64,000 nt of DNA from Candidatus Zixiibacteriota bacterium (GTDB lineage Bacteria; Zixibacteria; MSB-5A5; UBA10806; 4484-95), in NCBI GenBank assembly GCA_037441845.1, contig JBBIRK010000004.1, positions 1-64,000 of the forward strand. Reading direction: 5' to 3'. A model generated the notes under the pieces. It did no database searches. It saw only the letters and a list, made by a program, of their open reading frames with translations, and was not told the origin of the DNA. Positions 39,208 to 49,258 of this stretch are shown piece after piece; position 1 is the first letter of the stretch, and every line of letters starts with the position of its first letter. A program made the position numbers and the translations under genes.

Positions 39208-40446
39208 ATGATTCCCGATTCGATAGCCAAGAAAGCGGAGCGGTTCACCGATATTCACAGTCTGCCGCAAGTGTTGACGGCGATACTGCGGGAGATCGAC
39301 GATGATGAGCGTTCCCTTGATTCGCTGGCGCGGGTGATTTCGCGGGATATCGCGCTCACGGCGAAAATGCTGCGCATGGCGAATTCCGCGTTTTACCGCC
39401 GCCAAAACGAAGTTCGGACGATAGCGGAATGTATGAATATAATGGGCACGCGGGCGGTCAAAGCGCTGGCGCTTTCGGTTACGATTTTCGACATTACAAG
39501 CGGCGCTAAATCGCCCGGTTTGATCGATCTGCGCGAATTCTGGAGACACAATCTCGAAGTCGCCGTTATCGGCGCAGACCTGGCATCGTTGTTTTCAGCC
39601 GGCCGAAGCGAGGAGGTTTTCGCCTGCGGCCTGCTCCATGACCTGGGGATACTGTTTTTTCTCGAGATGTTTCCCGAAAATTACGAGCGGGTTCTACGCG
39701 AAATCGGGCCGGGAAATTTTCTGGAAAAGGAAGAGGAAATTCTGGGCGCCGACCATTGCCGGGTGGGGGCTTTCATAGCCAGAAACTGGGGATTGCCGGA
39801 TATTTTCGCTGAATCGATAGAATATCATCACGACCATAGCGTCGACCCTAACGGAATCGAACGGCCGGAAGTAAGACATTTGGTTAACGCCGCCCACAGA
39901 CTGGCCGGAAACTGGATAGACTCCCGGGGCCTCCAATCCGCGTCGGAGGTGAAAAACAAGAATGATTTTCTGGCTTCGCTCGGGATCAGGGAACTGGATG
40001 CCGATTTCGTCGGCGAATCGAAAAACCGGGCGCTGGCGATGGCGGGATTTCTCGATATCGATATCGGAGATCCTTTGGCGCTGCTGGGAAAAATCAACCG
40101 GGAATTGAGCAAAATCTACGCGGATTACGAGAAATTGATTGTCGAGAACGACCGGTTGAAAGCCCGACTCGAAACGCTTTCGCCATCGACAATGATCTCA
40201 GGACACGATTCCGCATTCTTGGTAATTAAGGAACTATTGGATAATCTCAAAGTGACCATACGCGAAAACATAGCCTCCCTGGATAGTATGGTGGAGGATT
40301 CGATTCTTCATCGGCAGCTTGCTCTCATTCTCGGCCGCCTCGAATCGATAACCTCGGGTATAGCCGAAATCTGTGAGAGGGAGCGGGCCGCATCTGTGAT
40401 TCCGACGACGGAAAATCCACCTTTAATTATCAGCGGCTTGAAATAA
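39208..40446 (+). CDS. HDOD domain protein with C-terminal coiled coil
   Basis: SLPQV, D.ALTAKMLRMANSAFY, FWRH, GLLHDLG, WGLP. Confidence 0.88.
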   Translation: MIPDSIAKKAERFTDIHSLPQVLTAILREIDDDERSLDSLARVISRDIALTAKMLRMANSAFYRRQNEVRTIAECMNIMGTRAVKALALSVTIFDITSGAKSPGLIDLREFWRHNLEVAVIGADLASLFSAGRSEEVFACGLLHDLGILFFLEMFPENYERVLREIGPGNFLEKEEEILGADHCRVGAFIARNWGLPDIFAESIEYHHDHSVDPNGIERPEVRHLVNAAHRLAGNWIDSRGLQSASEVKNKNDFLASLGIRELDADFVGESKNRALAMAGFLDIDIGDPLALLGKINRELSKIYADYEKLIVENDRLKARLETLSPSTMISGHDSAFLVIKELLDNLKVTIRENIASLDSMVEDSILHRQLALILGRLESITSGIAEICERERAASVIPTTENPPLIISGLK

Positions 40447-40521
40447 TAAAAAACCCGCGGCCGCGATCATGCGGTCAAGCGGGCATAACATGTCGAATCA
40501 GTCATCGAACCGAATACCGGG

Positions 40522-41703
40522 TCACTCCGGCCAGAAGTGCACTGTCCCTTTAGTCGAATCCTCGTCGTCATCGTAAATCCAGAGAGTATCTATAGCCGCC
40601 GAGTCACTTGCCGGCCATACGTTCTGCTGGGCGTAAAAATCGCTGGTATCGAGATTGATCACGCACCAACCATCGGAGGGCGAGAATTCGAAGCTGTTAT
40701 CTCCGGGCAGATTGGGACCGGACGTCTGGCCGAGGAAAATTTGCGATCCTAACGTAACGAGCACGCCCGCAGAATCGATGGTTTCGAAAACGCTTTGCTG
40801 GATCAATGCGTATCCGTTTTGAGTCGAAACGAATCCGATTTTGCAGTTATCGATTCGGCTTTGATAGAGCTGTATCTGATTCGAGCGGCGCGGATTGGAC
40901 CTTGCCGCCACGCCGATATAGCACTGGGTCACCCGGCATCCGAGAACAGTTAGTTCGAAATTGCTCAGCGTGTCAATATTCGGGGAAAAGGTGATCCCTA
41001 CGCCGGTTATCGTTCCCCCGATTACGGTCAGACTTTCCACCGCGCTCAGATTGTTGCGCAGTAGGATTGCCGGACCGGCGATGTCGATGCCGGTCGGCGC
41101 CAGAATTCGGGTCGAATCAATTCCTTTCCCCAAAATAGTTATTCGATAAGGCGGAGTAAGCGGCATGACCTCTCCGGTAGCGGTGGAATATGTGCCCGCT
41201 CCGACCACGAGCGTCTGGCCGGTGGTCACCACGCTTAAGCCTTTGGTGATCGTACGGTAGGGATGGAAAATCGTGCCTTTGCCGTGGATATCGTCGCCGA
41301 TCGCTGAATCGACGAAAACGAAATCCGGGTGTACCAGATTGGCCACGGCGCTGCCGAATTTGGTCGTATCGGCGTTACTGCGGGCTCGGATCAGTACGCT
41401 GTCGAAAGTGACCTGATCATAGATGAAAGGCGGATGGTAATAAGCTGAGGTGTCATTTACCGGTGTCAAGTTTCCCAGTGAGTCGTTGCCCGATGGATCA
41501 TCATTTACATACCAGGTAACGGCGCGCTGATTGGTGTTATAAACCAGCGCGACGAACAAGGTGGAATCGCCGAAAGAAACGGTGCGAACCTGAGGAATAA
41601 CCGATACGGAAATGTCTCGGGGACCTTCGTGATCGATACCTTTGTTGTCGCAGCCGATCATGGCGACGACCAACGCCGATGTCAGAAATAATGACCTCTT
41701 CAT
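40522..41703 (-). CDS. Lipoprotein with Ig-like and DUF1565/parallel beta-helix domain
   Basis: Lipobox MIGC; FVDSAIGDD..G.G...PYRTITKGL...GTYS..TGE..P; SD aaagga. Confidence 0.75.
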   Translation of the reverse strand: MKRSLFLTSALVVAMIGCDNKGIDHEGPRDISVSVIPQVRTVSFGDSTLFVALVYNTNQRAVTWYVNDDPSGNDSLGNLTPVNDTSAYYHPPFIYDQVTFDSVLIRARSNADTTKFGSAVANLVHPDFVFVDSAIGDDIHGKGTIFHPYRTITKGLSVVTTGQTLVVGAGTYSTATGEVMPLTPPYRITILGKGIDSTRILAPTGIDIAGPAILLRNNLSAVESLTVIGGTITGVGITFSPNIDTLSNFELTVLGCRVTQCYIGVAARSNPRRSNQIQLYQSRIDNCKIGFVSTQNGYALIQQSVFETIDSAGVLVTLGSQIFLGQTSGPNLPGDNSFEFSPSDGWCVINLDTSDFYAQQNVWPASDSAAIDTLWIYDDDEDSTKGTVHFWPE

Positions 41704-41856
41704 TTCCATTCCTTTCGAATACAGCCTTACCTCGCCCATGCCGAATTTTCCGGGCGGCTGATACTATTATCCGATTATTTTATCGCCCGATACGGACGAA
41801 TGTTCATATGAAAACGCCGGATTGGCCGATGAATTTTCCGTCGCTCGATCATCCGC

Positions 41857-42438
41857 CTAAAAACGAGGCGTCTTGCCGGCCTTGATATCTTCGATTTGAC
41901 GGCGAACCAGATTCGCCTGAACCGAGTCCGGGGCGACTTTTAGAAATTCCGTCCAAGCGGAAATCGCGCTGTCTGGTTGACCGAGCCCCATCAAGAATAT
42001 AGCCCCTTTGTTGAAATACGCCTGAGACAGGTCCGGCTTGATAGCCAGCGCGCTGTCGAGGTAATCAATTGACTTTTCGAATTGTCCGAGATGGCTGTAC
42101 ATAACCGCGCAATCGGTGAGCACGAAAGGATTGCGCGGATCGAACGCCAGCGCTTTTTCATAGTATTCTATCGATTCGTTCGGGCGGCTTATATCGAAAT
42201 ACAGATTTCCGATTTGAATCATATGCTCGATATTATCGGGTTGCGCCTTCAAGAGGGCTTTCAGGCGTTCGATTTCGTTCAACATCGCAGAGACGGAACG
42301 GCCGCTGGTGTCCGAATCGGAAATCATCGCAGCGCGATGATTATTGTCCAATGGTTTGGGGGTAATGAATAAAATGATCACCGCGGCGCCAACGAACACC
42401 GCGGCGAACAACAACAGCTTTTTTAACGGTTCGGACAT
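41857..42438 (-). CDS. Membrane-anchored TPR protein
   Basis: N-terminal TM; GNLYFD, YYEKALAFDP, AYFNKG. Confidence 0.8.
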   Translation of the reverse strand: MSEPLKKLLLFAAVFVGAAVIILFITPKPLDNNHRAAMISDSDTSGRSVSAMLNEIERLKALLKAQPDNIEHMIQIGNLYFDISRPNESIEYYEKALAFDPRNPFVLTDCAVMYSHLGQFEKSIDYLDSALAIKPDLSQAYFNKGAIFLMGLGQPDSAISAWTEFLKVAPDSVQANLVRRQIEDIKAGKTPRF

Positions 42439-42604
42439 CTTCCCCAATCCAGCATATCCGGCATGACGAATTATCGATGAATACCGGTTCGTTGTCAACA
42501 GCAAATTGCCGCCGAAAATCCGGCATGTCAAATGAAACAATGGCAATTGGACCAAAATCACTCCGATTGCCAATCCCGGGAATCGATGTTATATTGTGAA
42601 TGGT

Positions 42605-43513
42605 ATGTACAAGTTACAGGGAAGAGTACTGGCGGTGCACGGAAAAAGCTCGGTGCTGCACCATGACGGGCGGATACTGCGGGCCGCTCTTAAAAAAAGT
42701 CTATTGAAAGAAAAACGACAAAGTTCGCCGCTTGCCGCCGGCGACCTCGTGGAGTTTTCTCTCGACCCGACCGCCGTGGCGATAATCGAATCGGTGTTGC
42801 CCCGCTCGAAAACCCTGTCGCGGCCGGACATTCTGAATAAGGGGAAAACCCAGGTGATAGCCGCCAATGTCGATCAGTTGATAATAATCAGCTCGACGGA
42901 TAAGCCCGCGTTCAAGCCCGGATTGATTGATCGCTATCTTGTGATAGCGGAAAAAGAAAAGATCGAGCCGGTCATAATCGTAAACAAGATAGATCTGAGG
43001 GATCCCGCGGAGTTCGCCGGATATTTGGAGGCATGGAAAAAAATACGGTGTAAGGTATATTTCACGTCGGCAAAAAGCGGCGAGGGAGTCGATGCGGTGG
43101 TGGAAGCGCTGAAAGATAAAATTTCGGTGGCCACCGGCCATTCGGGAGTGGGCAAAACCACTTTGATAAACTCGATCGAGCCGAATCTGCGTTTGAAAAC
43201 GCGGGAAATTTCGCAGGCGACTGGTAAGGGGGTGCATACCACCTCGGCGGCCATAATGTATCCTTTGACCGGCGGAGGATGGATTATCGATACTCCTGGG
43301 TTAAAAGTTCTTGACATCAGCACGATCAAGGCGAACAAACTGCAAGACTACTTTCCCGAATTCAATGAGTTTCGAGGCCGATGCCAATTCAGCGATTGTT
43401 CGCATATAAGCGAACCGAATTGTGCGATAAAGCAGGCGGTTGAAAAGGGAAAGATGCCCGAATTCCGTTATCAAAGTTACCTTCGCTTTTGGCGGGAAAT
43501 CGCAGGCCGTTGA
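42605..43513 (+). CDS. rsgA: Ribosome small subunit-dependent GTPase A
   Basis: NKID, GHSGVGKT, GVHTT, DTPG, CQFSDCSH..EPNC. Confidence 0.95.
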   Translation: MYKLQGRVLAVHGKSSVLHHDGRILRAALKKSLLKEKRQSSPLAAGDLVEFSLDPTAVAIIESVLPRSKTLSRPDILNKGKTQVIAANVDQLIIISSTDKPAFKPGLIDRYLVIAEKEKIEPVIIVNKIDLRDPAEFAGYLEAWKKIRCKVYFTSAKSGEGVDAVVEALKDKISVATGHSGVGKTTLINSIEPNLRLKTREISQATGKGVHTTSAAIMYPLTGGGWIIDTPGLKVLDISTIKANKLQDYFPEFNEFRGRCQFSDCSHISEPNCAIKQAVEKGKMPEFRYQSYLRFWREIAGR

Positions 43514-43795
43514 TACTGACAGAGGCAGGCGGTTTTTGGCCATGACGGACAACTTACGCCACATTTCCGGTCGCAACGTAACATATTGATTAACAAGAAA
43601 ATATCTTGGGCGGCGTCAATATGCGTGGTCGTTGATTGAACTTATTATATGACAACATGTTAGATTTTTATAAATATTTTGCATAAAAGACAGATTTTCC
43701 TTGACGCGCCTTATGCAAATTCTTAATTTGTCGAAAGTTAAGTTAAATATGGACAGGTAATCCCAAACCTTAGCCACCGAAAGGGGGTCGAATGC

Positions 43796-44002
43796 GTGAC
43801 TGGTGTTCGTGTCCGAGAGGACGAATCTTTCGAAAAGGCTCTTAAGCGATTCACCAAATCCTGTGAAAAGGCGGGTATTCTGTCAGACATTAAAAAGCAT
43901 CAACATTTCGAAAAGCCTTGCGAGCGCAGGAAACGGAAACAGGCCGCGGCCAGAAGAAAATCGCGCAAGAGAATGCAGGTCGAGCGCAGTGGCAATTTCT
44001 GA
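43796..44002 (+). CDS. rpsU: 30S ribosomal protein S21
   Basis: ESFEKALKRF, FEKP, RKRKQAAARRK. Confidence 0.93.
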   Translation: MTGVRVREDESFEKALKRFTKSCEKAGILSDIKKHQHFEKPCERRKRKQAAARRKSRKRMQVERSGNF

Positions 44003-44435
44003 TGCCATAATCAAAGATCTCGCTCTGGCCATGAAAAGCGGCGATAAGGTAGGCATGAGCGTGCTTCGGATGCTCAAGTCGGATCTTAAATACAAGCAGA
44101 TCGAGCTGGGCCACGAGCTTTCGGACGATGAGTGTATCGCCGTGCTTTCGACCGCCTTGAAGAAACGAAACGAGGCGGTGGAAAGCTTTCAAAAGGCCGG
44201 AAGACAAGACTTGGCCGCCGCAGAGCAGGCTGAAATAGCCGTCATAAGGAAGTACCTGCCCGCGGAGCTCGACGATGCGAGTCTGCTGGCCATGATCCAA
44301 TCCGCCATTGCCGAATGCAAGGCATCGACGCCTGCCGATATCGGAGCGGTGATGAAGATTTTGATGCCTAAAGTAAGAGGGCGGGCTGACGGCCGCAAGG
44401 TGAACGAGTTGGTGCGGAAATCGCTTGGAGGTTGA
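43989..44435 (+). CDS. GatB/YqeY domain protein
   Basis: DL..AMKSGDK, KKR.EA...F..AGR.DL, YLP, GRADG. Confidence 0.9.
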   Translation: MAISDAIIKDLALAMKSGDKVGMSVLRMLKSDLKYKQIELGHELSDDECIAVLSTALKKRNEAVESFQKAGRQDLAAAEQAEIAVIRKYLPAELDDASLLAMIQSAIAECKASTPADIGAVMKILMPKVRGRADGRKVNELVRKSLGG

Positions 44436-44458
44436 AAAGCTTTTTAAGGAGGGGATCC

Positions 44459-45130
44459 TTGAACTGGGTTGATTTTTTTATCATCGTGGTCCTCGTGGTG
44501 GCTTTCGCCAACGGTTATCGACGAGGCGCGTTCAAAGAAATATCGACTTTCATAGGATTGATACTAACGATCGTGTTGGCGGTCTATTACGCCGATTGGC
44601 TCTCCGCCAAAGGTGCGGGCAGATTCAATTTTTCCCCGAGCCTGGTTTATCTTATCAGTTTCGTGGTGATCTTTTTGATTTCGCAGGTGTTGCTGAAGCT
44701 GCTCGGGCATTTATTCTACAAGATGGTGAAAATCACGCCGCTGAAAAAGTACGATAAGATGATCGGCGGGGGGTTCGGATTGCTCAAGGGTACTTTGGTC
44801 TTATCATTGCTTTTTTTGATGTTCATTTTCTTTCCCGGATTTCACTCGTTCAACGGCGCAATCGACAGGTCGAGCATGGCTCCCGTTTTTCGCAAAATAG
44901 TCCCGATCACCTATGATGTGGGCATGCAGCTTCATCCTTCGCATTCCAAGTTCGTGCCCGAGGTGAAAAGCGGAATACTCGGGTCCAAGGCCGATGCTTA
45001 CGCCGAGGATCCCGAAGAATTTCTGGAGAGAAACGAGCTTCTGGGGATGACCAGTGACGATGTCACAGTGCTGAACAGCGTCGATAGGTATTTCGGCAGT
45101 CAAACCGAACTTGCCAAAGGATCGGAATAG
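44459..45130 (+). CDS. CvpA family (colicin V production) membrane protein
   Basis: MNWVD...GYRRGAFKE, DKMIGGGFGLLKG; SD aggagg before TTG. Confidence 0.85.
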   Translation: MNWVDFFIIVVLVVAFANGYRRGAFKEISTFIGLILTIVLAVYYADWLSAKGAGRFNFSPSLVYLISFVVIFLISQVLLKLLGHLFYKMVKITPLKKYDKMIGGGFGLLKGTLVLSLLFLMFIFFPGFHSFNGAIDRSSMAPVFRKIVPITYDVGMQLHPSHSKFVPEVKSGILGSKADAYAEDPEEFLERNELLGMTSDDVTVLNSVDRYFGSQTELAKGSE

Positions 45131-45171
45131 GGCGGAGACGGCGGCCGGGGAGGGCCTGTTTATTTGAGACC

Positions 45172-47514
45172 ATGAATTCCCATGCTTTGAAGGTGCTGGA
45201 GTACGACTGGATAGTTCAGCGGCTCCACGACCTTTGTTTCTGCAATCCGGCGAAACGAATCACGATCGAACCTCTGACCGAAACCGCGATAATTGAAAGC
45301 AACCTCGATTGTCTGGCCGAAATGATCGAGCTTTATCAAGCAGATGGAGGACCGCCGTCATTGGTGTTCGATGACGTCGATAGGATCGCCGAGAAGGCGG
45401 CATCAAGCGGTGAAGTTCTCGAGCCGGTGGAATTGGCGAAAATCGGAGAATTCCTGAGCGTGACGAAAGGTTTCGTTCAGCTCGATAGAAGATATGTCAA
45501 TCTGAAACGCCTGACGGGAAGTCTTCATTATAACGAGGAGCTCGATCAGGCGATCCAGAATTCGATAAAACCGCCCGACGAAATCAAAGACGGAGCCACG
45601 CCCGAACTTCGTCGAATCCGGCGGGCGATCGCCCAATCGAGGGAGCGGATCGAAACCAGATTCGCCGAATATCTGAATTCGAGTATGTCAAGCCATCTTT
45701 CCGACAACGTTTATACGATCCGGGACGGCCGATACGTGTTGCCGGTGAAAGAAGGTTCCAGATCGAGAATAAAAGGGATTATCCACGATCGCTCCTCGAC
45801 AGGCGCCACCTATTTTATCGAACCGATAGAAGCGATCGAGCAGAACAACCAGCTTCGGGAATTATTGAGCGCGGAAAAACAGGAAATTTATCGGATTCTG
45901 CGTCGGCTCACCGACGAGGTGTGCGGCTATATCGAGACTCTTAAGGAAAACGTCAGGATCCTATCGGGAATCGATATGCTTTCGGCCAAGGCGCGATTCG
46001 CCATTCAATTGAATTGTGTCAGGCCGATTTTGAGCCGAGAGCGCATTATCGAGATCAAATCCGGTTATCATCCTATTCTGCGGTGGCGGGAGCGATGCGG
46101 TGACGGGTCGACGACGGTTCCGCTGGATTTCAGCCTGGGGCGCGGTTTTACCACGATGGTGATCACCGGTCCCAACACCGGCGGCAAGACCGTGGCTTTG
46201 AAAACGGTCGGTTTGCTTTGTTTGATGGCGCAATCGGCGATGTATGTGCCGGCCGGCGATGGTTCGACTTTCGGGGTATTCGAGAACATTTACGCGGATA
46301 TAGGTGACGAGCAATCGCTCGAGACTTCACTGTCGACTTTTTCGGCACACCTGCAAAATATACTCGAGGCGTTAAGAGAAGCCGACAGCGGCTGTCTGGT
46401 TTTGCTCGACGAACTCGGTGCGGGGACCGATCCCGACGAAGGTTCCGCGCTGGGTCAGGCCATAATAGAAAATCTGACGCAAAGGGCCGTCTGCACGGTG
46501 GTAACCACTCATCACGGGCGTCTCAAGGCGCTGGCGGTTAGTCTGAATGGAGTCACCAACGGCTCGCTCGAATTCGATAAGGAGAATCTGCGGCCGACCT
46601 ATAAATTCCGTCAGGGATTGCCGGGATTGTCTTATGCGTTGCAAACGGCTCGCAAGCTCGGGTTATCGGAAGAAATCGCGGCGAGGGCGGAAAACCTGAT
46701 CGATCCGTCCGAAAGGAATCTATCTGCGGTGATCGCCGAGCTGTCGGACAAACTCAGGAAAATAGACGAGCAGCTGGAAGACGCCTCGCGCAGCCGACTG
46801 GCTTATGAATCGCTGGCGAAGATATACGCCGAAAAAATCGATTCGTTCGAGAAGCAGAAAAAGGAGATAAAAAAAAATTCTGTCGTGAAAGCGGAACAGG
46901 CTGTGCGGCAAGCGCGCGCGGAAATCGATGCGCTGATCGCCGAAGCCAAATCGTCAGCGAAAAAAATGGAAGCCCTGAGAGATGCCCGCCGAGCGGCGGA
47001 TAAGAAAATCGAGGAATTGCAAAAGACGGCGGACAGTCTGGAGCCTGAAACGCGCGGAAATGTGCCCCATGGTTTGCCCGGTGAGCGGGTATTTTTAAGA
47101 GAAATGAACGCGGTCGGCGAAATAATCGAAAAGGCAGATCGCGATGGGCGGGTGAAGGTGCGGATCGGAAAAGTGACGCTGGTAACCGACCTGGCGAAAC
47201 TGACGCTTAAAGCAGAAGCTGCGCCGGATCCGGCCGGCGGATATCGTTTCGACGCCGAGATAACACCTTCTCTCGAATTGGATTTGCGCGGCTTGACTTT
47301 CGACGAGGCCCAGCCGGTGCTTGACAAATACCTCGATGACGTTTACCTTGCCGGACTCGACAGCGTCACCATAATTCATGGCAAAGGTACCGGAGCTCTG
47401 AAGACCAAAATTCATCAGCACCTGAAAGGGCACAGCCGAGTGAAATCGTTCCGTCTGGGCAATTGGGACGAAGGTTCCTATGGTGTTACTATCGTGGAAA
47501 TGATGAAGAGTTGA
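45172..47514 (+). CDS. mutS2: Endonuclease MutS2
   Basis: ITGPNTGGKT, DIGDEQS, LSTFSAH, DELGAGTDP; Smr domain LDLRG...IIHGKGTG. Confidence 0.95.
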   Translation: MNSHALKVLEYDWIVQRLHDLCFCNPAKRITIEPLTETAIIESNLDCLAEMIELYQADGGPPSLVFDDVDRIAEKAASSGEVLEPVELAKIGEFLSVTKGFVQLDRRYVNLKRLTGSLHYNEELDQAIQNSIKPPDEIKDGATPELRRIRRAIAQSRERIETRFAEYLNSSMSSHLSDNVYTIRDGRYVLPVKEGSRSRIKGIIHDRSSTGATYFIEPIEAIEQNNQLRELLSAEKQEIYRILRRLTDEVCGYIETLKENVRILSGIDMLSAKARFAIQLNCVRPILSRERIIEIKSGYHPILRWRERCGDGSTTVPLDFSLGRGFTTMVITGPNTGGKTVALKTVGLLCLMAQSAMYVPAGDGSTFGVFENIYADIGDEQSLETSLSTFSAHLQNILEALREADSGCLVLLDELGAGTDPDEGSALGQAIIENLTQRAVCTVVTTHHGRLKALAVSLNGVTNGSLEFDKENLRPTYKFRQGLPGLSYALQTARKLGLSEEIAARAENLIDPSERNLSAVIAELSDKLRKIDEQLEDASRSRLAYESLAKIYAEKIDSFEKQKKEIKKNSVVKAEQAVRQARAEIDALIAEAKSSAKKMEALRDARRAADKKIEELQKTADSLEPETRGNVPHGLPGERVFLREMNAVGEIIEKADRDGRVKVRIGKVTLVTDLAKLTLKAEAAPDPAGGYRFDAEITPSLELDLRGLTFDEAQPVLDKYLDDVYLAGLDSVTIIHGKGTGALKTKIHQHLKGHSRVKSFRLGNWDEGSYGVTIVEMMKS

Positions 47515-47515
47515 A

Positions 47516-49258
47516 ATGGCCGGATATATTCCACAAGAGACGGTCGAAAGAATCAAGAGCGACACCGACATCGTCGATCTGATTTCGGAATACGTGAATC
47601 TTAAAAAGACGGGCAAAGATTTTCTGGGGTTATGTCCGTTTCATCGGGAGAAAACCCCATCGTTTACGGTGGTTCCAAGCAAAGGATTCTTTTATTGTTT
47701 CGGCTGCGGCGCCTCCGGCAACGCCGTTAATTTCATAATGCGGCACGAAAATCTCGAATACGCCGAGGCGTTGCGTTTTCTGGCGCGTCGGGCGGGCATC
47801 GTAATCCCCGAAAAACATCGGCCCGAGCAACAATCTTACGCCGGCAGATTGTATCAAGCTGTCGAATATGCCGGAGCTTTTTTCAAAAAGGCGCTACGCA
47901 ATTCGCCGGCAATCGGATATTTGAAGAATCGCGGCATAAACGACGAAACCAGGGAAGAACTCGGGATCGGGTACGCTCCGGATGGCTGGGATAACCTGCT
48001 TTCGGCGATTCTTAAAGATAAGCTTTCGCCTGATTTGTTTTTCGAGGCTGGTTTGCTGGTCAAAAAGGAAGGCAAGCCCGGTGATTATTACGACAAATTC
48101 CGCAATCGTCTGATTTTCCCGATCCGCAATCTGTCGGGACGAGTGATCGGTTTCGGCGGCAGGGCATTAAGCGATCAGGAAGGGCCGAAGTATTTGAATT
48201 CGCCGGAGACCGCCATATACCATAAGGGTTCGGTCCTTTACGGTCTCAATCATACCAAGAACCATATACGCGAAACCAGCGAGGCGATCGTTCTCGAAGG
48301 ATATTTCGATTTCGCCACGACCTATCAGGCGGGCTTGAAAAATATCGTGGCCGTATCCGGCACGGGATTCACGCCCAATCAGGCGAATCTTCTGGCGAGG
48401 TTCTGCGAAAAAGTTATTTTGCTTTACGACGGCGATTCCGCCGGCATGAAAGCCACGCTGCGGGCGGTCGAAACTCTTTATAACGCCGGTCTGGAACCGT
48501 ATATAGTGCGTCTTCCAGATGGTGCCGACCCGGACGGATTTATCCGCAAAAACGGGGTAGAGGCGCTGAAATCGCTTCTGGATGAAGCCGACGGATATAT
48601 CGATTTCGTCAAGCGCTCTTTGCCTGACGAATTCGCGAGGCTGCCGATAACGAGGCAGGAAAAGATCATAAGCTCGCTGGCGGAAAACGCCCGCGGGATC
48701 GGCGACACGTTCAAGCATGATTTGTTCGTGCGTAAAGTGATCGAGACATTCGGTCTTCCCGAGTCCGCTGCGATCCGTTTCGCCAAGCAGCCGGCGGCGC
48801 CGCAAACACCGGTTAATCAGCAGGAGCTGACGGGAAGGGCGAAATTCGAGAGCCTATATCTTGGGTTTCTGCTGAATCATCCCGGTTTTCTGCCGGAAAG
48901 CATTAGGCTGATCCGCAGCGAATACTTTAGCGACGAAGTCAACAGGAAAATTTATGATAAACTGAAGGAAGAGGAACAAAATGAATTTACGATCGGTGAT
49001 TTTCTCGAAAAATTCCCCGAGAGCGATGCCCGCCGAAGGGTGACCGAGATCATATTAAGGGATACCGCCGGGGCGCCCCCCGATACGCTGTTCGATGAAT
49101 TCGTGCGCAAATTTCGAACGTTTCTCAATCAGGATCGTTTAACGGCGCTCCGGGCCGAGATCTTACAGGCGGAAAAAGCGGGGCAGAACGAAAAGCTCGA
49201 ACAACTTACCCGAGCATATCTTGACATTCAAAATGCCGCAAAAGGAAAGGCAAAGTAA
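47516..49258 (+). CDS. dnaG: DNA primase
   Basis: CPFHREKTPSF, CFGC, KYLNSPET, EGYFD, YDGD.AG, DPD. Confidence 0.96.
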   Translation: MAGYIPQETVERIKSDTDIVDLISEYVNLKKTGKDFLGLCPFHREKTPSFTVVPSKGFFYCFGCGASGNAVNFIMRHENLEYAEALRFLARRAGIVIPEKHRPEQQSYAGRLYQAVEYAGAFFKKALRNSPAIGYLKNRGINDETREELGIGYAPDGWDNLLSAILKDKLSPDLFFEAGLLVKKEGKPGDYYDKFRNRLIFPIRNLSGRVIGFGGRALSDQEGPKYLNSPETAIYHKGSVLYGLNHTKNHIRETSEAIVLEGYFDFATTYQAGLKNIVAVSGTGFTPNQANLLARFCEKVILLYDGDSAGMKATLRAVETLYNAGLEPYIVRLPDGADPDGFIRKNGVEALKSLLDEADGYIDFVKRSLPDEFARLPITRQEKIISSLAENARGIGDTFKHDLFVRKVIETFGLPESAAIRFAKQPAAPQTPVNQQELTGRAKFESLYLGFLLNHPGFLPESIRLIRSEYFSDEVNRKIYDKLKEEEQNEFTIGDFLEKFPESDARRRVTEIILRDTAGAPPDTLFDEFVRKFRTFLNQDRLTALRAEILQAEKAGQNEKLEQLTRAYLDIQNAAKGKAK